The notes: a model not told the origin generated them from the letters alone. DNA of 64,000 nucleotides from Candidatus Magasanikiibacteriota bacterium (GCA_041674805.1 JBAYVA010000002.1:184294-248293); one strand, 5' to 3'. Positions 9,078-19,233 are shown, counted from the stretch's first letter. Program-made: numbers and translations.

Positions 9078-10418
9078 TCAAATAAATTTTTTAATATAGC
9101 TATTTACATCAAATTTATTTTTGCAACCATTATAATTCATATAACGTATTTTGCCAAAAACTTCTCTCTCAAACCAAGCTCTGTCATGTACACCAGCGAT
9201 AGACCAAGCGACACCGACGTAGCCATTTGGATCACGACCATCTAGTTCATATTTATCGTTTAAATATATCGCAATTTTGAAAGCTTCTTTTGCAGATTTA
9301 CTCCATTCCAAAATTTTCTTGGCCCAGTACATACGCATATAACCGTGCATTTTGCCTGTTGTCACCATTTCTTTTTGAGCAGAGTTCCACAAGTCGTCAT
9401 GAGTCTTGGCTTCTTCAAATTGTTTTTTGCTATATAGATATTCACGTTTGTCTTGTGAGTGTTCTTGCAAAGTTGTCAAAGCCCAGTTTGGTGCTCCTTT
9501 TAGAGAATCATAGTTTGGATTATAAAAACAATAATTATCACTTAGCTCACGTCTGACAATCAATTCTTCCAAAAAAGTTTCTTTGGCTGTTTTGCTAGCT
9601 TCGGATTTGTTTATTTCTAGAGCAATTCTTTGAGCGGAAATTTGTCCAAAGTGTAAGTAAGGAGACAAATTGGAAACAGCATTTTTGTTTGGATCATTTT
9701 TGTCTAAGTGATATTGATTTAGAGAATTTTTTATAAAACTTTTTAGTTGTTGTTTGGCAAAATTTTCGCCTGAGGATAACCAATCAATAGGTTTTACATT
9801 TTTGTCCACCTCAATCTTTTTGTAAACATTCTTCCAGTTTATTTTTTTTGCTTTGGTTGGAAAATTTATTTTTTGAATAACAACTTTGGGAAATTCAGTT
9901 AGATAATCTTTTAGTATTTTGTTTATTTTTGGTCTAAGAGTATAAGCTCCATATTCTTGCTTGTTTGAAGCTACAAAACAGGGAACAATATTGTGGGCGT
10001 CAACTTCTAAAAAAGGTATCTCAATATTTTTGATAATACTATTTTTCCAATTTCTATTTATTTTTAGTGGTGAGAAATCAGAAACGATAATACCAACTTT
10101 GTTTTTCTTTACAAATTTTGGAATCTCTTCTTCGGCCTTGCCCCAAGTCAAAAAAAATGGGATATTATATTTTTTTAGTTCAGTTTCCAAAGTTTGTAAA
10201 CCTTTTAGCATGAAATCGTATTGTCGCAAAGTTGCCCCAAGGAATGTTGGTACTAGATTGAAGACTACTGCAACAGGAGCTTCATTTTTTTGTCCCGCTT
10301 TTAGAGCGTAGAGCAAAGCCCAATTGTCATGCACACGCATATCACGACTCATCCAATAGACAATAGCGCCTTTTTTATATTCAAAATTGTTTAGTTGTCG
10401 GCTTCTGTTTGGGAGCAT
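9078..10418 (-). CDS. phrB: Class II CPD deoxyribodipyrimidine photolyase
   Basis: YWMSRDMRVHDNWAL, LSPYLHFGQIS, GKMHGYMRMYWAKKILEW, DGRDPNGY. Confidence 0.95.
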   Translation of the reverse strand: MLPNRSRQLNNFEYKKGAIVYWMSRDMRVHDNWALLYALKAGQKNEAPVAVVFNLVPTFLGATLRQYDFMLKGLQTLETELKKYNIPFFLTWGKAEEEIPKFVKKNKVGIIVSDFSPLKINRNWKNSIIKNIEIPFLEVDAHNIVPCFVASNKQEYGAYTLRPKINKILKDYLTEFPKVVIQKINFPTKAKKINWKNVYKKIEVDKNVKPIDWLSSGENFAKQQLKSFIKNSLNQYHLDKNDPNKNAVSNLSPYLHFGQISAQRIALEINKSEASKTAKETFLEELIVRRELSDNYCFYNPNYDSLKGAPNWALTTLQEHSQDKREYLYSKKQFEEAKTHDDLWNSAQKEMVTTGKMHGYMRMYWAKKILEWSKSAKEAFKIAIYLNDKYELDGRDPNGYVGVAWSIAGVHDRAWFEREVFGKIRYMNYNGCKNKFDVNSYIKKFI

Positions 10419-10421
10419 AAG

Positions 10422-10772
10422 TTATTTTGTTAAGTTTTCTTTTACTCTAAATTTTACCATTGCTGTTATCAAATCATAAGGTACGGACTCTTCCACAGGA
10501 AATTGGATAGCACCTTTTGATGTCTTATATTTTTTGAGTTTATTAGCAAATTTTGTAATGGCAGAAGGTCCAGGATAAAAGCCAATATGATTTTCATAAG
10601 CAGCAAAATGGACTAGATTTTTTTTCAATACAAAAGTAGGTATACCATAACTTATTTTTTCTGTAGCTTCTGTGGCATTTGCTATTATTATTTTTCTGAT
10701 AGATTGCAATATGTTTTGAATTTCTTTGGGAAAATTATTTATATAAGAATCTATGTCAGAGTATTTTTTCAT
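10422..10772 (-). CDS. DUF1801/YdhG-like protein
   Basis: IDSYI, EKISYGIPTF, HFAAYENHIGFYP, SKGAIQFP. Confidence 0.85.
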   Translation of the reverse strand: MKKYSDIDSYINNFPKEIQNILQSIRKIIIANATEATEKISYGIPTFVLKKNLVHFAAYENHIGFYPGPSAITKFANKLKKYKTSKGAIQFPVEESVPYDLITAMVKFRVKENLTK

Positions 10773-11242
10773 ATTTTTTTTGATAAAATATAAGTCGTTA
10801 CTTTTTGATTTTCAATCAAGTCAAAAGATTTTTTTTGTAATTTGTAACCTTGTTTTTGATAAAATGCTTTGGCTGTAATAGTTGATTGTACTTTTATTTT
10901 TTTACAGCCTTGTTTGCACAAAGATTTTTCAACTGTTTTGATAAGTTTATTACCAACACCTTTGCCAATATAATCTTTGTGAACATAAAGTCCCCAGATT
11001 TCACATTTGTAAAAAGGATGATCTGTAAAACCAATAATTTTTTCACCATCAAGAGCGACCCATCTTTTGCACTTGTTGGCGCTATCACGAAAACGCTTAG
11101 CAGAAGTGCGACCAGACCAAACTTTGATTACTTCAGGAGTGTAATCATTTTTATTTACGTTTCTGATTGTTTGTCTATGCATGCGAGCTATGGCTGCATA
11201 ATTTTCATCGCGAGCAAAGCGGATTTTCATATTTTTGTTCAT
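10769..11242 (-). CDS. GNAT-family N-acetyltransferase
   Basis: LYVHKDYIGKGVGNKL motif A; AKAFYQKQGY. Confidence 0.88.
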   Translation of the reverse strand: MNKNMKIRFARDENYAAIARMHRQTIRNVNKNDYTPEVIKVWSGRTSAKRFRDSANKCKRWVALDGEKIIGFTDHPFYKCEIWGLYVHKDYIGKGVGNKLIKTVEKSLCKQGCKKIKVQSTITAKAFYQKQGYKLQKKSFDLIENQKVTTYILSKKI

Positions 11243-11258
11243 TATTTATGTATATATT

Positions 11259-11918
11259 TTAGCTTGTTGTTGGTTTTTTGGCAAACATTTTTTTAATTTT
11301 GGATAAACTTGGATAAACAAAGTCGTTTTCTCCATCTATAAAACCTATAAAATATTTTTTTTCTAATTTTTGTAGAATGTATAGATTTTTTATTATTTTT
11401 TTATAATCATTTTTAGTATATAATGCTTTTTCAGGATATTGATTAAATACAAAGATTAACATTTTAAATTTACTTTCACCTTCTTTTAATTGAGTTAATT
11501 TATCTTCTATTTTTGAATTAAATTTTTTTATAAATCTATCATCATCAAGAATATAATAATTTTGTTTTTCATTTTTTTTGCGTTAATGTTCTTTGGTAAA
11601 GCAAGTTACTTCTATATCAAATTTATCATTTGATAAACTGGCTAATATATCAACATTTTTCTTTTTTTTATGTCTTTTTAATATTTCTATATTTTTAAAA
11701 GATATCGTATTTAAAAAAATTACAGAACGAAGTTCTGCAAGAATAGATTCTAGTTTTTCTTTTTTAGTGTCTACTATAATATAATCACATTTTTCTAAGA
11801 TTTCTTCTTTTGTATATTTTGTTATTTTAGATACTTTTTCTAATAAAATTTTTACTTTGTTTAGATTATCATTTGTATACCCTAAATTTTTTATATAATT
11901 AAAAAATGGTTCTATCAT
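11259..11918 (-). pseudogene. Hypothetical gene with PD-(D/E)xK-like motif, split by one in-frame TAA (11583-11585)
   Basis: ATG at 11918; ORFs 11583..12017 and 11259..11462 share one frame and the 40 codons between them are open; AELRS...VDILA...DIEVTC motif. Confidence 0.6.
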
Positions 11919-11932
11919 ATTTTTAAATTTAG

Positions 11933-12023
11933 CGGAGAGAGAGGGATTCGAACCCTCGGTCCCGATATGATCGGGACACCGCTTTTCGAGAGCGGCACCT
12001 TCAACCAACTCAGACATCTCTCC
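11933..12023 (-). tRNA. tRNA-Ser(CGA), intact, no encoded CCA
   Basis: Acceptor GGAGAGA/TCTCTCC+G; anticodon arm CCGCT-CTCGAAA-AGCGG; long variable arm; GAGGG-TTCGAAT-CCCTC. Confidence 0.95.
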
Positions 12024-12041
12024 ATGTTAATTATACAGAAT

Positions 12042-13295
12042 TTAGTTTGTATAATTAATTATTTTTTTTGATAAACTTAAATATATTAAAAACCAAAACA
12101 GAATGGCTAAATCGTTTTTTATATAAGGTGAATCTACTAAACCTGTTATAAGTAACATTAGTAAACTTAATAATAAAAAGTTATTATAAATATTTTTTTC
12201 TTTGATATTTTTGTGTAATATATATACTAAGATTATTATAAATGATAGCAAACCTATTAATCCAGTATTTACCCAAATTGTCAAAAATATGTTGTGAGGA
12301 TGATGGTATATTTCAATATATTCACCATTTACTTTTTGATGATATGTTTTTATTTCTTGGCTATAAGAACCTAAACCACTTCCTTTTATTGGATGATCTT
12401 TTAAATACTCTAAAGTTTCTTTCCAAATTCCAATTCTAATTTGTCCAGATCTGTCTTGTAGTATTAATTCTGTTTTTATATTTTGTAATTTTGGTAAATT
12501 AAAAATTAATAGTGATGAAAATATTGTTAATATTATGATAATCCAACGTGTTTTTTTATAGAATAGAAGAATTAAAAATATTGCACTGAAAATACTTACC
12601 AAAGCTCCTGTAGACTTGGCAAAGAATATAGCAGGTAATGATGTAATTATAAATAAAGTTCCTAATAAAAAAGGCCATGATTTCACTGAGTGGTTTTTTA
12701 GATTATATAGTGCTATTGCAAAAATTGGTGCCAAAAATAATCCAACTCCATTTGGAAATCCATACCATGCTGTTACTCTGTAAGTATTAAGATTTTCCCA
12801 AAAAGCATATGGTACAAAAAATCCTGTAAAATGTTGATAAATAGCAAATAAGGATGTGGCTAGTCCAGACATTAATAAACCATTTATTATATATTTTTTT
12901 ATATCTATAGATATATTTGTAATTATAAAAAATAGTATTATTGGTTCTAGATAAAAAGCTTTCCATTCACCTAATGCTTGTTTTGTGTTGTGGTTAAATA
13001 ATATAGATACAGTAGCAAAAAATAAAAATAATAAAATTGAGATGTATAATAATTTATTTTTTTTAAAATTTATTTTTAAATTATTTATAATTTCATTTTT
13101 ATATTTTATAAAACTAATTATAATTAGTATGATAATTTGTAATTCTAAAAAAGTTGTTGGAATTTCTAAAAAATTAAAACGTAATAGATAAGTAGGTAAA
13201 AACAAAGCTAATAAAAAAAATGAGTATTCAATTTTTTTGAAACTAATAATTGTAAAAATACTTAAATAAACAATTGTTAAAAACCACATTATCAT
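12042..13295 (-). CDS. O-antigen ligase / Wzy_C family membrane protein (copy 1, very AT-rich)
   Basis: Multi-TM; R-x-GIW...HPIKGSGLGSY...HPHNIFL...GLIGL; DSPYIKNDLA. Confidence 0.85.
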   Translation of the reverse strand: MIMWFLTIVYLSIFTIISFKKIEYSFFLLALFLPTYLLRFNFLEIPTTFLELQIIILIIISFIKYKNEIINNLKINFKKNKLLYISILLFLFFATVSILFNHNTKQALGEWKAFYLEPIILFFIITNISIDIKKYIINGLLMSGLATSLFAIYQHFTGFFVPYAFWENLNTYRVTAWYGFPNGVGLFLAPIFAIALYNLKNHSVKSWPFLLGTLFIITSLPAIFFAKSTGALVSIFSAIFLILLFYKKTRWIIIILTIFSSLLIFNLPKLQNIKTELILQDRSGQIRIGIWKETLEYLKDHPIKGSGLGSYSQEIKTYHQKVNGEYIEIYHHPHNIFLTIWVNTGLIGLLSFIIILVYILHKNIKEKNIYNNFLLLSLLMLLITGLVDSPYIKNDLAILFWFLIYLSLSKKIINYTN

Positions 13296-13470
13296 ATTAT
13301 TTTTTTATACTTAAAATTTCTTTTATTTCGTTTTTATTTAATAGGTGTTTATTGAATATGATATTAATATACTAAATAATATAACAATTAGTAGTTGCAA
13401 CTTATATTTTAGATTTCTTTTTATTACTGTCATCCATGCAGCTCCATACATACCATATTTTGGTATAAAT
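13296..13470 (-). pseudogene. 3' remnant of a flippase gene homologous to 15038..16459
   Basis: Minus strand reads FIPKYGMYGAAWMTV (identical peptide in the intact flippase), then deleted segments, and ends PINKNEIKEILSIKK* versus AISKEQLKELLILKK*. Confidence 0.8.
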
Positions 13471-13555
13471 GAGAGAGGGATTCGAACCCTCGGTCCAGCT
13501 TGCGCAGAACAACTGATTTCGAGTCAGTCCCATTCGACCACTCTGGCATCTCTCC
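13471..13555 (-). tRNA. tRNA-Ser(CGA), 3'-truncated (probable pseudo-tRNA)
   Basis: GGAGAGATGCCAGAGTGGTCGAATGG-GACTGA-CTCGAAA-TCAGTT...GAGGGTTCGAATCCCTC-TCTC; the last acceptor nucleotides TCCG are replaced by ATTT from the flippase remnant. Confidence 0.85.
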
Positions 13556-13731
13556 ATCTTTTAAGTAATAAGCAAATTAAGCAGAATATGCAGAATAAGT
13601 GGCTTATTGTGTGTAAGCACCTTGTAAGCATTGTTAATGTTATTACAAATTAACCACAAAAGCAAGTTCATGTCTAAATTTGCCAAAAGCTCTTTTTTTG
13701 GCTATGATATATTTGCTTAATCAAATATATT

Positions 13732-15006
13732 ATGCTTATTTTAGCTCTTATTTACTTTGTTACAATTTTGTTTGTTAGTTACAAGAATTTTGCTTTTGGA
13801 CTTTATAGTTTTGCTTTGGTTTTGCCATTATATTTTTTACGTCCACAAATTGGATTTTTGCCAACGACTATCTTAGAAATTCATTTTGGAGCGGTCTTTT
13901 TGGTCTGGCTTTTTTCTTATGCCAAACAAGATTGGAGCAGAATCAAAGAATTTTTGCAAAATAATAAATTATTTAGTTGGGGTTTGTTTGTTTTTTTTGT
14001 AGCTTCTTTTGCAAGTATTTTCGTCAGTGCCATTGGTTCATTTGAACCTCTACAAAAAATTATTTTGGCAGCTGGTATTTGGCGAGCTTATTTCTTGGAG
14101 CCAATCATATTATTTTTTATTTTAGTTGGTCGTCAGCAAAATTTTTCCAAAATGAAAATGATTTGGGCTTTTTTTATCAGTGCTTTTTTAGTTAGTCTGG
14201 TAGCTGTAGCACAAGAAATATTTTTTGTTTTAAACTGGCAATTTCCATATTTTGGTATGGCTATTCCTGGTCGTATGAATAGTGTTTATACCACACCAAA
14301 TGCGATTGGACTTTTTACTTTGCCGATTTTATTTTTGAGTTTGTTTTTACAAAATAATTTTTACAACAACAATCAAAAATATTTTTATTATTTTTCAATT
14401 CTCATCATTTTACTTGCCAATTTTTTTTCTTTTTCGCAAGGTGCTTGGGTAGCTTTGGCAGCGGCTAGTGTGGTTTATCTATTTTTTGTTGGTTACAAAA
14501 AGTTTAGTATAAGTTTGGTGGTTTTGGGTATGATGATTGTCTTAGTAATACCTTCTTTCCGTTCTGTAATACTGTTTCAAGACAAAGCAGGTAATAATAG
14601 ATTTGTTTTAGCTGAGTTTACTTGGGATTATTTGACTGATTCTCCTAGACAATTTGTGACCGGAGCAGGACTTCGTAATTTTTATGATGCGGTAGAGAAT
14701 CCTCGTCGTGATCCAAAAAAATTGGAACCTTTGACTTTTCCTCACAATATTTTTTTGAATTTTTGGTCAGAAGTTGGTTTGTTTGGTATGTTGTCTTTTG
14801 TTTTTATTTATTTTTTACTGGTGAGGCAATCTTTCAAACTTGATCACAAAAAAAGAGCTATTTTTTTGGCTCTTTTAGTTGCTATATTCGTACAGGGATT
14901 AGTAGATGTTCCTTATTTCAAAAATGATTTAGCTTTTGCTTTTTGGATTATTGTTTTTTTTATTTTTTTCAATCAAATAACTTTAGTAGAAAAAAAGTCT
15001 GTGTAG
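13732..15006 (+). CDS. O-antigen ligase / Wzy_C family membrane protein (copy 2)
   Basis: Multi-TM; AYFLEPI, SQGAW, FPHNIFLNFWSEVGLFG, DVPYFKNDLA. Confidence 0.85.
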   Translation: MLILALIYFVTILFVSYKNFAFGLYSFALVLPLYFLRPQIGFLPTTILEIHFGAVFLVWLFSYAKQDWSRIKEFLQNNKLFSWGLFVFFVASFASIFVSAIGSFEPLQKIILAAGIWRAYFLEPIILFFILVGRQQNFSKMKMIWAFFISAFLVSLVAVAQEIFFVLNWQFPYFGMAIPGRMNSVYTTPNAIGLFTLPILFLSLFLQNNFYNNNQKYFYYFSILIILLANFFSFSQGAWVALAAASVVYLFFVGYKKFSISLVVLGMMIVLVIPSFRSVILFQDKAGNNRFVLAEFTWDYLTDSPRQFVTGAGLRNFYDAVENPRRDPKKLEPLTFPHNIFLNFWSEVGLFGMLSFVFIYFLLVRQSFKLDHKKRAIFLALLVAIFVQGLVDVPYFKNDLAFAFWIIVFFIFFNQITLVEKKSV

Positions 15007-15037
15007 TTTTAAACTAAAAATTTTGTTTGAGTTCAAA

Positions 15038-16459
15038 TTATTTTTTCAATATGAGCAACTCTTTGAGTTGTTCTTTTGATATTGCTTTACTAACTAAGAT
15101 CATAACAAAATATACTAAGGCTGCTAGTATAATTAAGATTATAATTGGTAAATTTTTCCACCAAATTATGGCAAGACCCATCACAGCACTAGACAAGATT
15201 ACTTTAATCAAAAAAACAAAGTTTAGTTTTTCTTTGATATTTTTTTGTGCGACCAAAGTCAACATAATAGCGGCATACCATTCAGAAAAAACTGTCATCC
15301 AAGCTGCACCATACATGCCATATTTTGGTATAAAAATCATGTAGCCAATCAAAGTCAAAAAAGCATTAGTAATATATACCCAAAGTACTTTTTTTTGTAA
15401 ATTGACAGCGACTGCTAGATGACCAAAAATACCTGCCCAAAAGACACCAAAGACAGCTAAAGATAAAATTTGTAAAGCATCACCAGATAAAAAGAATTTA
15501 TTTCCAGCTACCAAAATCATTATTTCGTGTGATAACAAAAATAAACCAGTAAACATTGGTATGGCTACTAGCATCATTGAGTTTACTGACATTTGATATC
15601 TTTTTTGAAATTCTTCTTTATTATTTTGGGCCCAAGAAGCTGCTAAGAGTGGAAGCATTATGCCCATAATCATCATAGCTGTTTGAACTACGATGTCTAT
15701 GACACGGTAAGCTGCTCCATAAATACTGACCTCTGCTTGGCTGGCAAAATAACTTAAGATTAAGATATCTCCTTTTAAATAAATAACATTAAAAATTATA
15801 GCGATAGCTATGGGCCACATTTTTATTATAATTTGTCGCCAGATTATTTTGTCAAATTCAAATTTTATTTTGTTGATTTTGTTTATATACAAATAGAGAG
15901 TCAGCGTATAAGCCAAACTAGCTAAAATGATAATAAACATTATATTCAAAAAATTGCTTTGGTAATAAATACCAATTACAAGTCCTAATACCAAAATTAC
16001 TCTACCAATAATTTCACCTAATGCTTGAATTTGCATTTTTAATTTTTCTTGTAAAAAACCTATAAAAACTTGGTTTAGAGCGATAGAAAAAAATGATATA
16101 GCTGTAAAAAAGATAGCTACTTTAACAATGCTTGGATAAGGCAAAAGCAAAGATGTTAGTGGGGCGATTGTCAAAAAGAATAAAGCTGAAAAGAATCTAA
16201 AGGTTATTAAATTATTAAAAATCTTTTCTTGTTCTTGTTTGTTTTCACTTAGCATTTGGGCAGTAAGGGGAGTCATGCCAAAATCAATCAATATACCAAT
16301 GACGCTCAAAAAAGAAATAGTAGTAATGTACCAACCAAATTTTTCTACACCTAAATAGCGGGTCATCATGGCTATAGCTACGAGTCCTAAAACGGTAGAT
16401 ATGATTTTACCTGCCATTTGAAAGAAAGTATTATGTGCGACTTGTTTTACAAGAGACAT
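15038..16459 (-). CDS. Wzx/RfbX-like polysaccharide flippase
   Basis: Probable start MSLVKQ at 16459; TRYLGVEKFG, DFG, YGAAYRV, IPKYGMYGAAW. Confidence 0.88.
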   Translation of the reverse strand: MSLVKQVAHNTFFQMAGKIISTVLGLVAIAMMTRYLGVEKFGWYITTISFLSVIGILIDFGMTPLTAQMLSENKQEQEKIFNNLITFRFFSALFFLTIAPLTSLLLPYPSIVKVAIFFTAISFFSIALNQVFIGFLQEKLKMQIQALGEIIGRVILVLGLVIGIYYQSNFLNIMFIIILASLAYTLTLYLYINKINKIKFEFDKIIWRQIIIKMWPIAIAIIFNVIYLKGDILILSYFASQAEVSIYGAAYRVIDIVVQTAMMIMGIMLPLLAASWAQNNKEEFQKRYQMSVNSMMLVAIPMFTGLFLLSHEIMILVAGNKFFLSGDALQILSLAVFGVFWAGIFGHLAVAVNLQKKVLWVYITNAFLTLIGYMIFIPKYGMYGAAWMTVFSEWYAAIMLTLVAQKNIKEKLNFVFLIKVILSSAVMGLAIIWWKNLPIIILIILAALVYFVMILVSKAISKEQLKELLILKK

Positions 16460-16613
16460 ATGTTTATATATTTTAGTATTTTGTTTTATTTTTATGTTAA
16501 TTTTAGCAAATTGAGCTAAAATTAGCAATCATAAGGGGGTGTTGGTTAAAATATACAAAATGTGTTATAATAATTTAGATAATAAAAAATAATTTTTATT
16601 TTTATTTAATTTT

Positions 16614-18521
16614 ATGTTTAAAAAAACAAATTTATTTTTAGTAGTTTTTTTCGCTCTGTGTAGCTTATTTATTTTCAATATTACCAAAGCACAAGAAATT
16701 TTGCCAGTAGTAAGTATTAGAGATGAAGGTTTGGTAGCTAAATATGTCAGTCAAAGTGTAAATGATCCTATCAAAATTGAAGCTGGGTCAACTTTGAATA
16801 TAGATATAAAATTCAAAAATGTTGGTACTAAAATCTGGGATAATAGTGGCAAAAATTTTATTTCGGCTTTTACCATGGAACCTCGTTATCGTGCTTCATC
16901 TTTTGTGGGTAGTAATTGGATAGATAAAACACAAACTACGAAGATGTCACCAGCTGTTGTCAAAGTAGGAGAAACAGGTACTTTGAGTATTCAAATAAAA
17001 GCACCAGAAAAAGTTGGTGTGTATAAAGAAAAATTTTGGTTAGCCTCTCAAAATTATTCTTGGTTAAAAGGTGGTTATTTTTATTTTGAATTTAGTGTAG
17101 TTTCTAAGACAACAGTAAGTAGCAATAATAATGCAGTTCCAAATAATACTGTCTCAAATAATACTTCATCTACCAATACTAATGAAATAAGTTCATATAA
17201 AGCAAAAAAAGTAATGTTTAATAAAAAAGAAGTATTAGCCAATGGTGGTCAAGCTGTAAAATTGATTTTAGGTTTACAAAATTTGGGTTCAGTTGCTTGG
17301 AAAAAATATACTATTTTAGCCAATAGTCCAGCTTCTGTTTCTAGCAGTAATACTAGTGCAACTTTTGCTGATAATTCTTGGATAAATAATAATACAGTTT
17401 TAGAAAACAATACTACCGTAGAACAATGGTCTACAACTAGAGATGAATTTAATTTTGTAACTCCTGCTAAACAAGGTAATTATAATTTGACTTTGAAATT
17501 GATGGCAGACGACAAAATGATAGAAGATTTTGAATTAAATATTCCAGTCACTGTAACTGCAGATGCTCCAAATTATGTATCTCCTCAGTTTGATACAGAT
17601 AGTAGCAATATTGTTGTAGAAGAATCTCCACGTTTGGCTGAAGAACCAAAAATTAGAGTAGGTCTTTGGCAAAATCCTGAAGATCAAGTTATTTTCAAAT
17701 CAAACGAAGATGATTTTGTTGTTTTTGCTGGTAGTGAAGAAAAAGGTGTTTTGTCTCAAAGTAATGTAGCTAAGATGTTTTACAAAGAAGGAGTTTATTA
17801 TTTTAGTTCTGCTGATTTGAATTTTGAATCATCGGAATATTTACGTTTAGTTCCTGCCAACAATTGGCATGCAGTATTTGATCTTACTAATTTTGAAAGA
17901 AAAGTAACTTGGAAAGGTCCTTCAAATTTCAATAAATATCGTGGAGCAATGGAATTACGCAAAGTAAGTAGTGGTTCTGATGTTTATGTAATTGAAGAAG
18001 TTTTGATGGAAGATTATGTTGCTGGCATTGCTGAAACTTCCAATGCTGGACCAAAAGAATATATCAAAGCCCTTTTGACAGCTGCTCGTACTTATGCTTA
18101 TTATATAAAAGAATATACTACCAAACATGATGCCCGCAATTTTGATGTAGTTGCTCATACTGGTGATCAATTATATTTGGGTTATGCTAGTGAATTATTG
18201 ATGCCAAATGTAGTCAGTGCTCAACAAGAGACTCGTGGTTATATGGTTACTTATAATAAAGATTATATTATTACACCATATTATAGTACTAGTGATGGAC
18301 GAACGAGATCTTGGACTGAAGTTTGGGGTGGAGCACACAAACCTTGGTTGGTTTCAGTGCCTGCTATTTATGATGCAAAAGACAAAAAAGCTATGGCTGG
18401 TCATGGTGTAGGTATGAGTGCTCGTGATGCTGCTTATATGGCTGATGAGGCTGGTACTCTTTGGAAAGATATTCTAAAATATTATTATACAGGCGTAAGT
18501 ATAGATCTTATTTACAGATAG
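16614..18521 (+). CDS. SpoIID/LytB-domain secreted protein with N-terminal Ig-like domains
   Basis: Signal peptide; YRGAMELR, MEDYVAGIAE, AARTYA, DQLYLGY, GHGVGMS, ILKYYYTGV. Confidence 0.88.
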   Translation: MFKKTNLFLVVFFALCSLFIFNITKAQEILPVVSIRDEGLVAKYVSQSVNDPIKIEAGSTLNIDIKFKNVGTKIWDNSGKNFISAFTMEPRYRASSFVGSNWIDKTQTTKMSPAVVKVGETGTLSIQIKAPEKVGVYKEKFWLASQNYSWLKGGYFYFEFSVVSKTTVSSNNNAVPNNTVSNNTSSTNTNEISSYKAKKVMFNKKEVLANGGQAVKLILGLQNLGSVAWKKYTILANSPASVSSSNTSATFADNSWINNNTVLENNTTVEQWSTTRDEFNFVTPAKQGNYNLTLKLMADDKMIEDFELNIPVTVTADAPNYVSPQFDTDSSNIVVEESPRLAEEPKIRVGLWQNPEDQVIFKSNEDDFVVFAGSEEKGVLSQSNVAKMFYKEGVYYFSSADLNFESSEYLRLVPANNWHAVFDLTNFERKVTWKGPSNFNKYRGAMELRKVSSGSDVYVIEEVLMEDYVAGIAETSNAGPKEYIKALLTAARTYAYYIKEYTTKHDARNFDVVAHTGDQLYLGYASELLMPNVVSAQQETRGYMVTYNKDYIITPYYSTSDGRTRSWTEVWGGAHKPWLVSVPAIYDAKDKKAMAGHGVGMSARDAAYMADEAGTLWKDILKYYYTGVSIDLIYR

Positions 18522-18524
18522 TTT

Positions 18525-19223
18525 ATGGTAGAGTTGATAACATTTAAGAAAAAATGTTTGGTGCCTAGCGAAAGAGTCTGTTTCAGACTCAAATTTTTGC
18601 GTGAACAAAAAAATATTTCTTTGTCTGAATTGGAAAACAGAACAAAAATTAGTAAGCTATATTTGGAAGCTATAGAACAATGTCGTTTTTCAGATTTACC
18701 ACAATCAAGTTTGTACAAAAAAAATTTTATCAAAAAATTTGTCAAAGCTTTGGGAGAAGATCCAAAATGTTTTGTAGATCAATTTGTCAAAGAAGAACTT
18801 ACTTATATACCACAAAATTCAAATACACCAAAACTAAAATATAATAAATATTATTTTAGTAATATGCCTAGTATTTTGCGTATTTCTACTTTTGTTTTAG
18901 TTATTGGTTCGTTGTTATTTTTTTTAGGATTTCATATCAAAAATATTTTGACCCCTCCTAATTTGATGGTTGTTTCTCCAGAAAATGGTTATATCAGCAA
19001 CAATAATTTTGTAGATGTGCATGGTAAGACTGACCCAGAAATTCAAATTACTATTAATAATCAAGCAGTAAAAAATGATTCAGATGGTAATTTTAATCAA
19101 AATATAAACCTTTTGCCTGGTATCAATACTTTTGTGATAAAGGCAAAAAATAAGCATGGTAAAACTACAGAAGAAATAAGAAATGTTATTTACAAAAACT
19201 CAGGATCTGTTTCTTTAAAGTAA
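18525..19223 (+). CDS. RodZ-like HTH membrane protein with C-terminal Ig-like domain
   Basis: LKFLREQKNISLSELENRTKISKLYLEAIE, one TM segment, LLPGINTFVIKA. Confidence 0.75.
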   Translation: MVELITFKKKCLVPSERVCFRLKFLREQKNISLSELENRTKISKLYLEAIEQCRFSDLPQSSLYKKNFIKKFVKALGEDPKCFVDQFVKEELTYIPQNSNTPKLKYNKYYFSNMPSILRISTFVLVIGSLLFFLGFHIKNILTPPNLMVVSPENGYISNNNFVDVHGKTDPEIQITINNQAVKNDSDGNFNQNINLLPGINTFVIKAKNKHGKTTEEIRNVIYKNSGSVSLK

Positions 19224-19233
19224 AAATAAAAAC
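19207..19233. terminator. Bidirectional terminator
   Basis: AAAAACGAC-GTAAT-GTCGTTTTTTT between convergent genes. Confidence 0.7.

Noticed and set aside
9078-9080. Alternative genetic code 25 (TGA=Gly)
   Set aside because: Long conserved genes translate fully under code 11, and the photolyase ends at TGA at the expected position.
11919-12017. N-terminal extension of ORF 11583..12017
   Set aside because: It is the tRNA-Ser sequence read in frame; the plausible start is 11918.
13345-13653. Apparent paralogous ORFs 13345..13653 and 15027..15344 (shared AAPY.PYFGI)
   Set aside because: Both are antisense translations of flippase sequence (remnant and intact gene).
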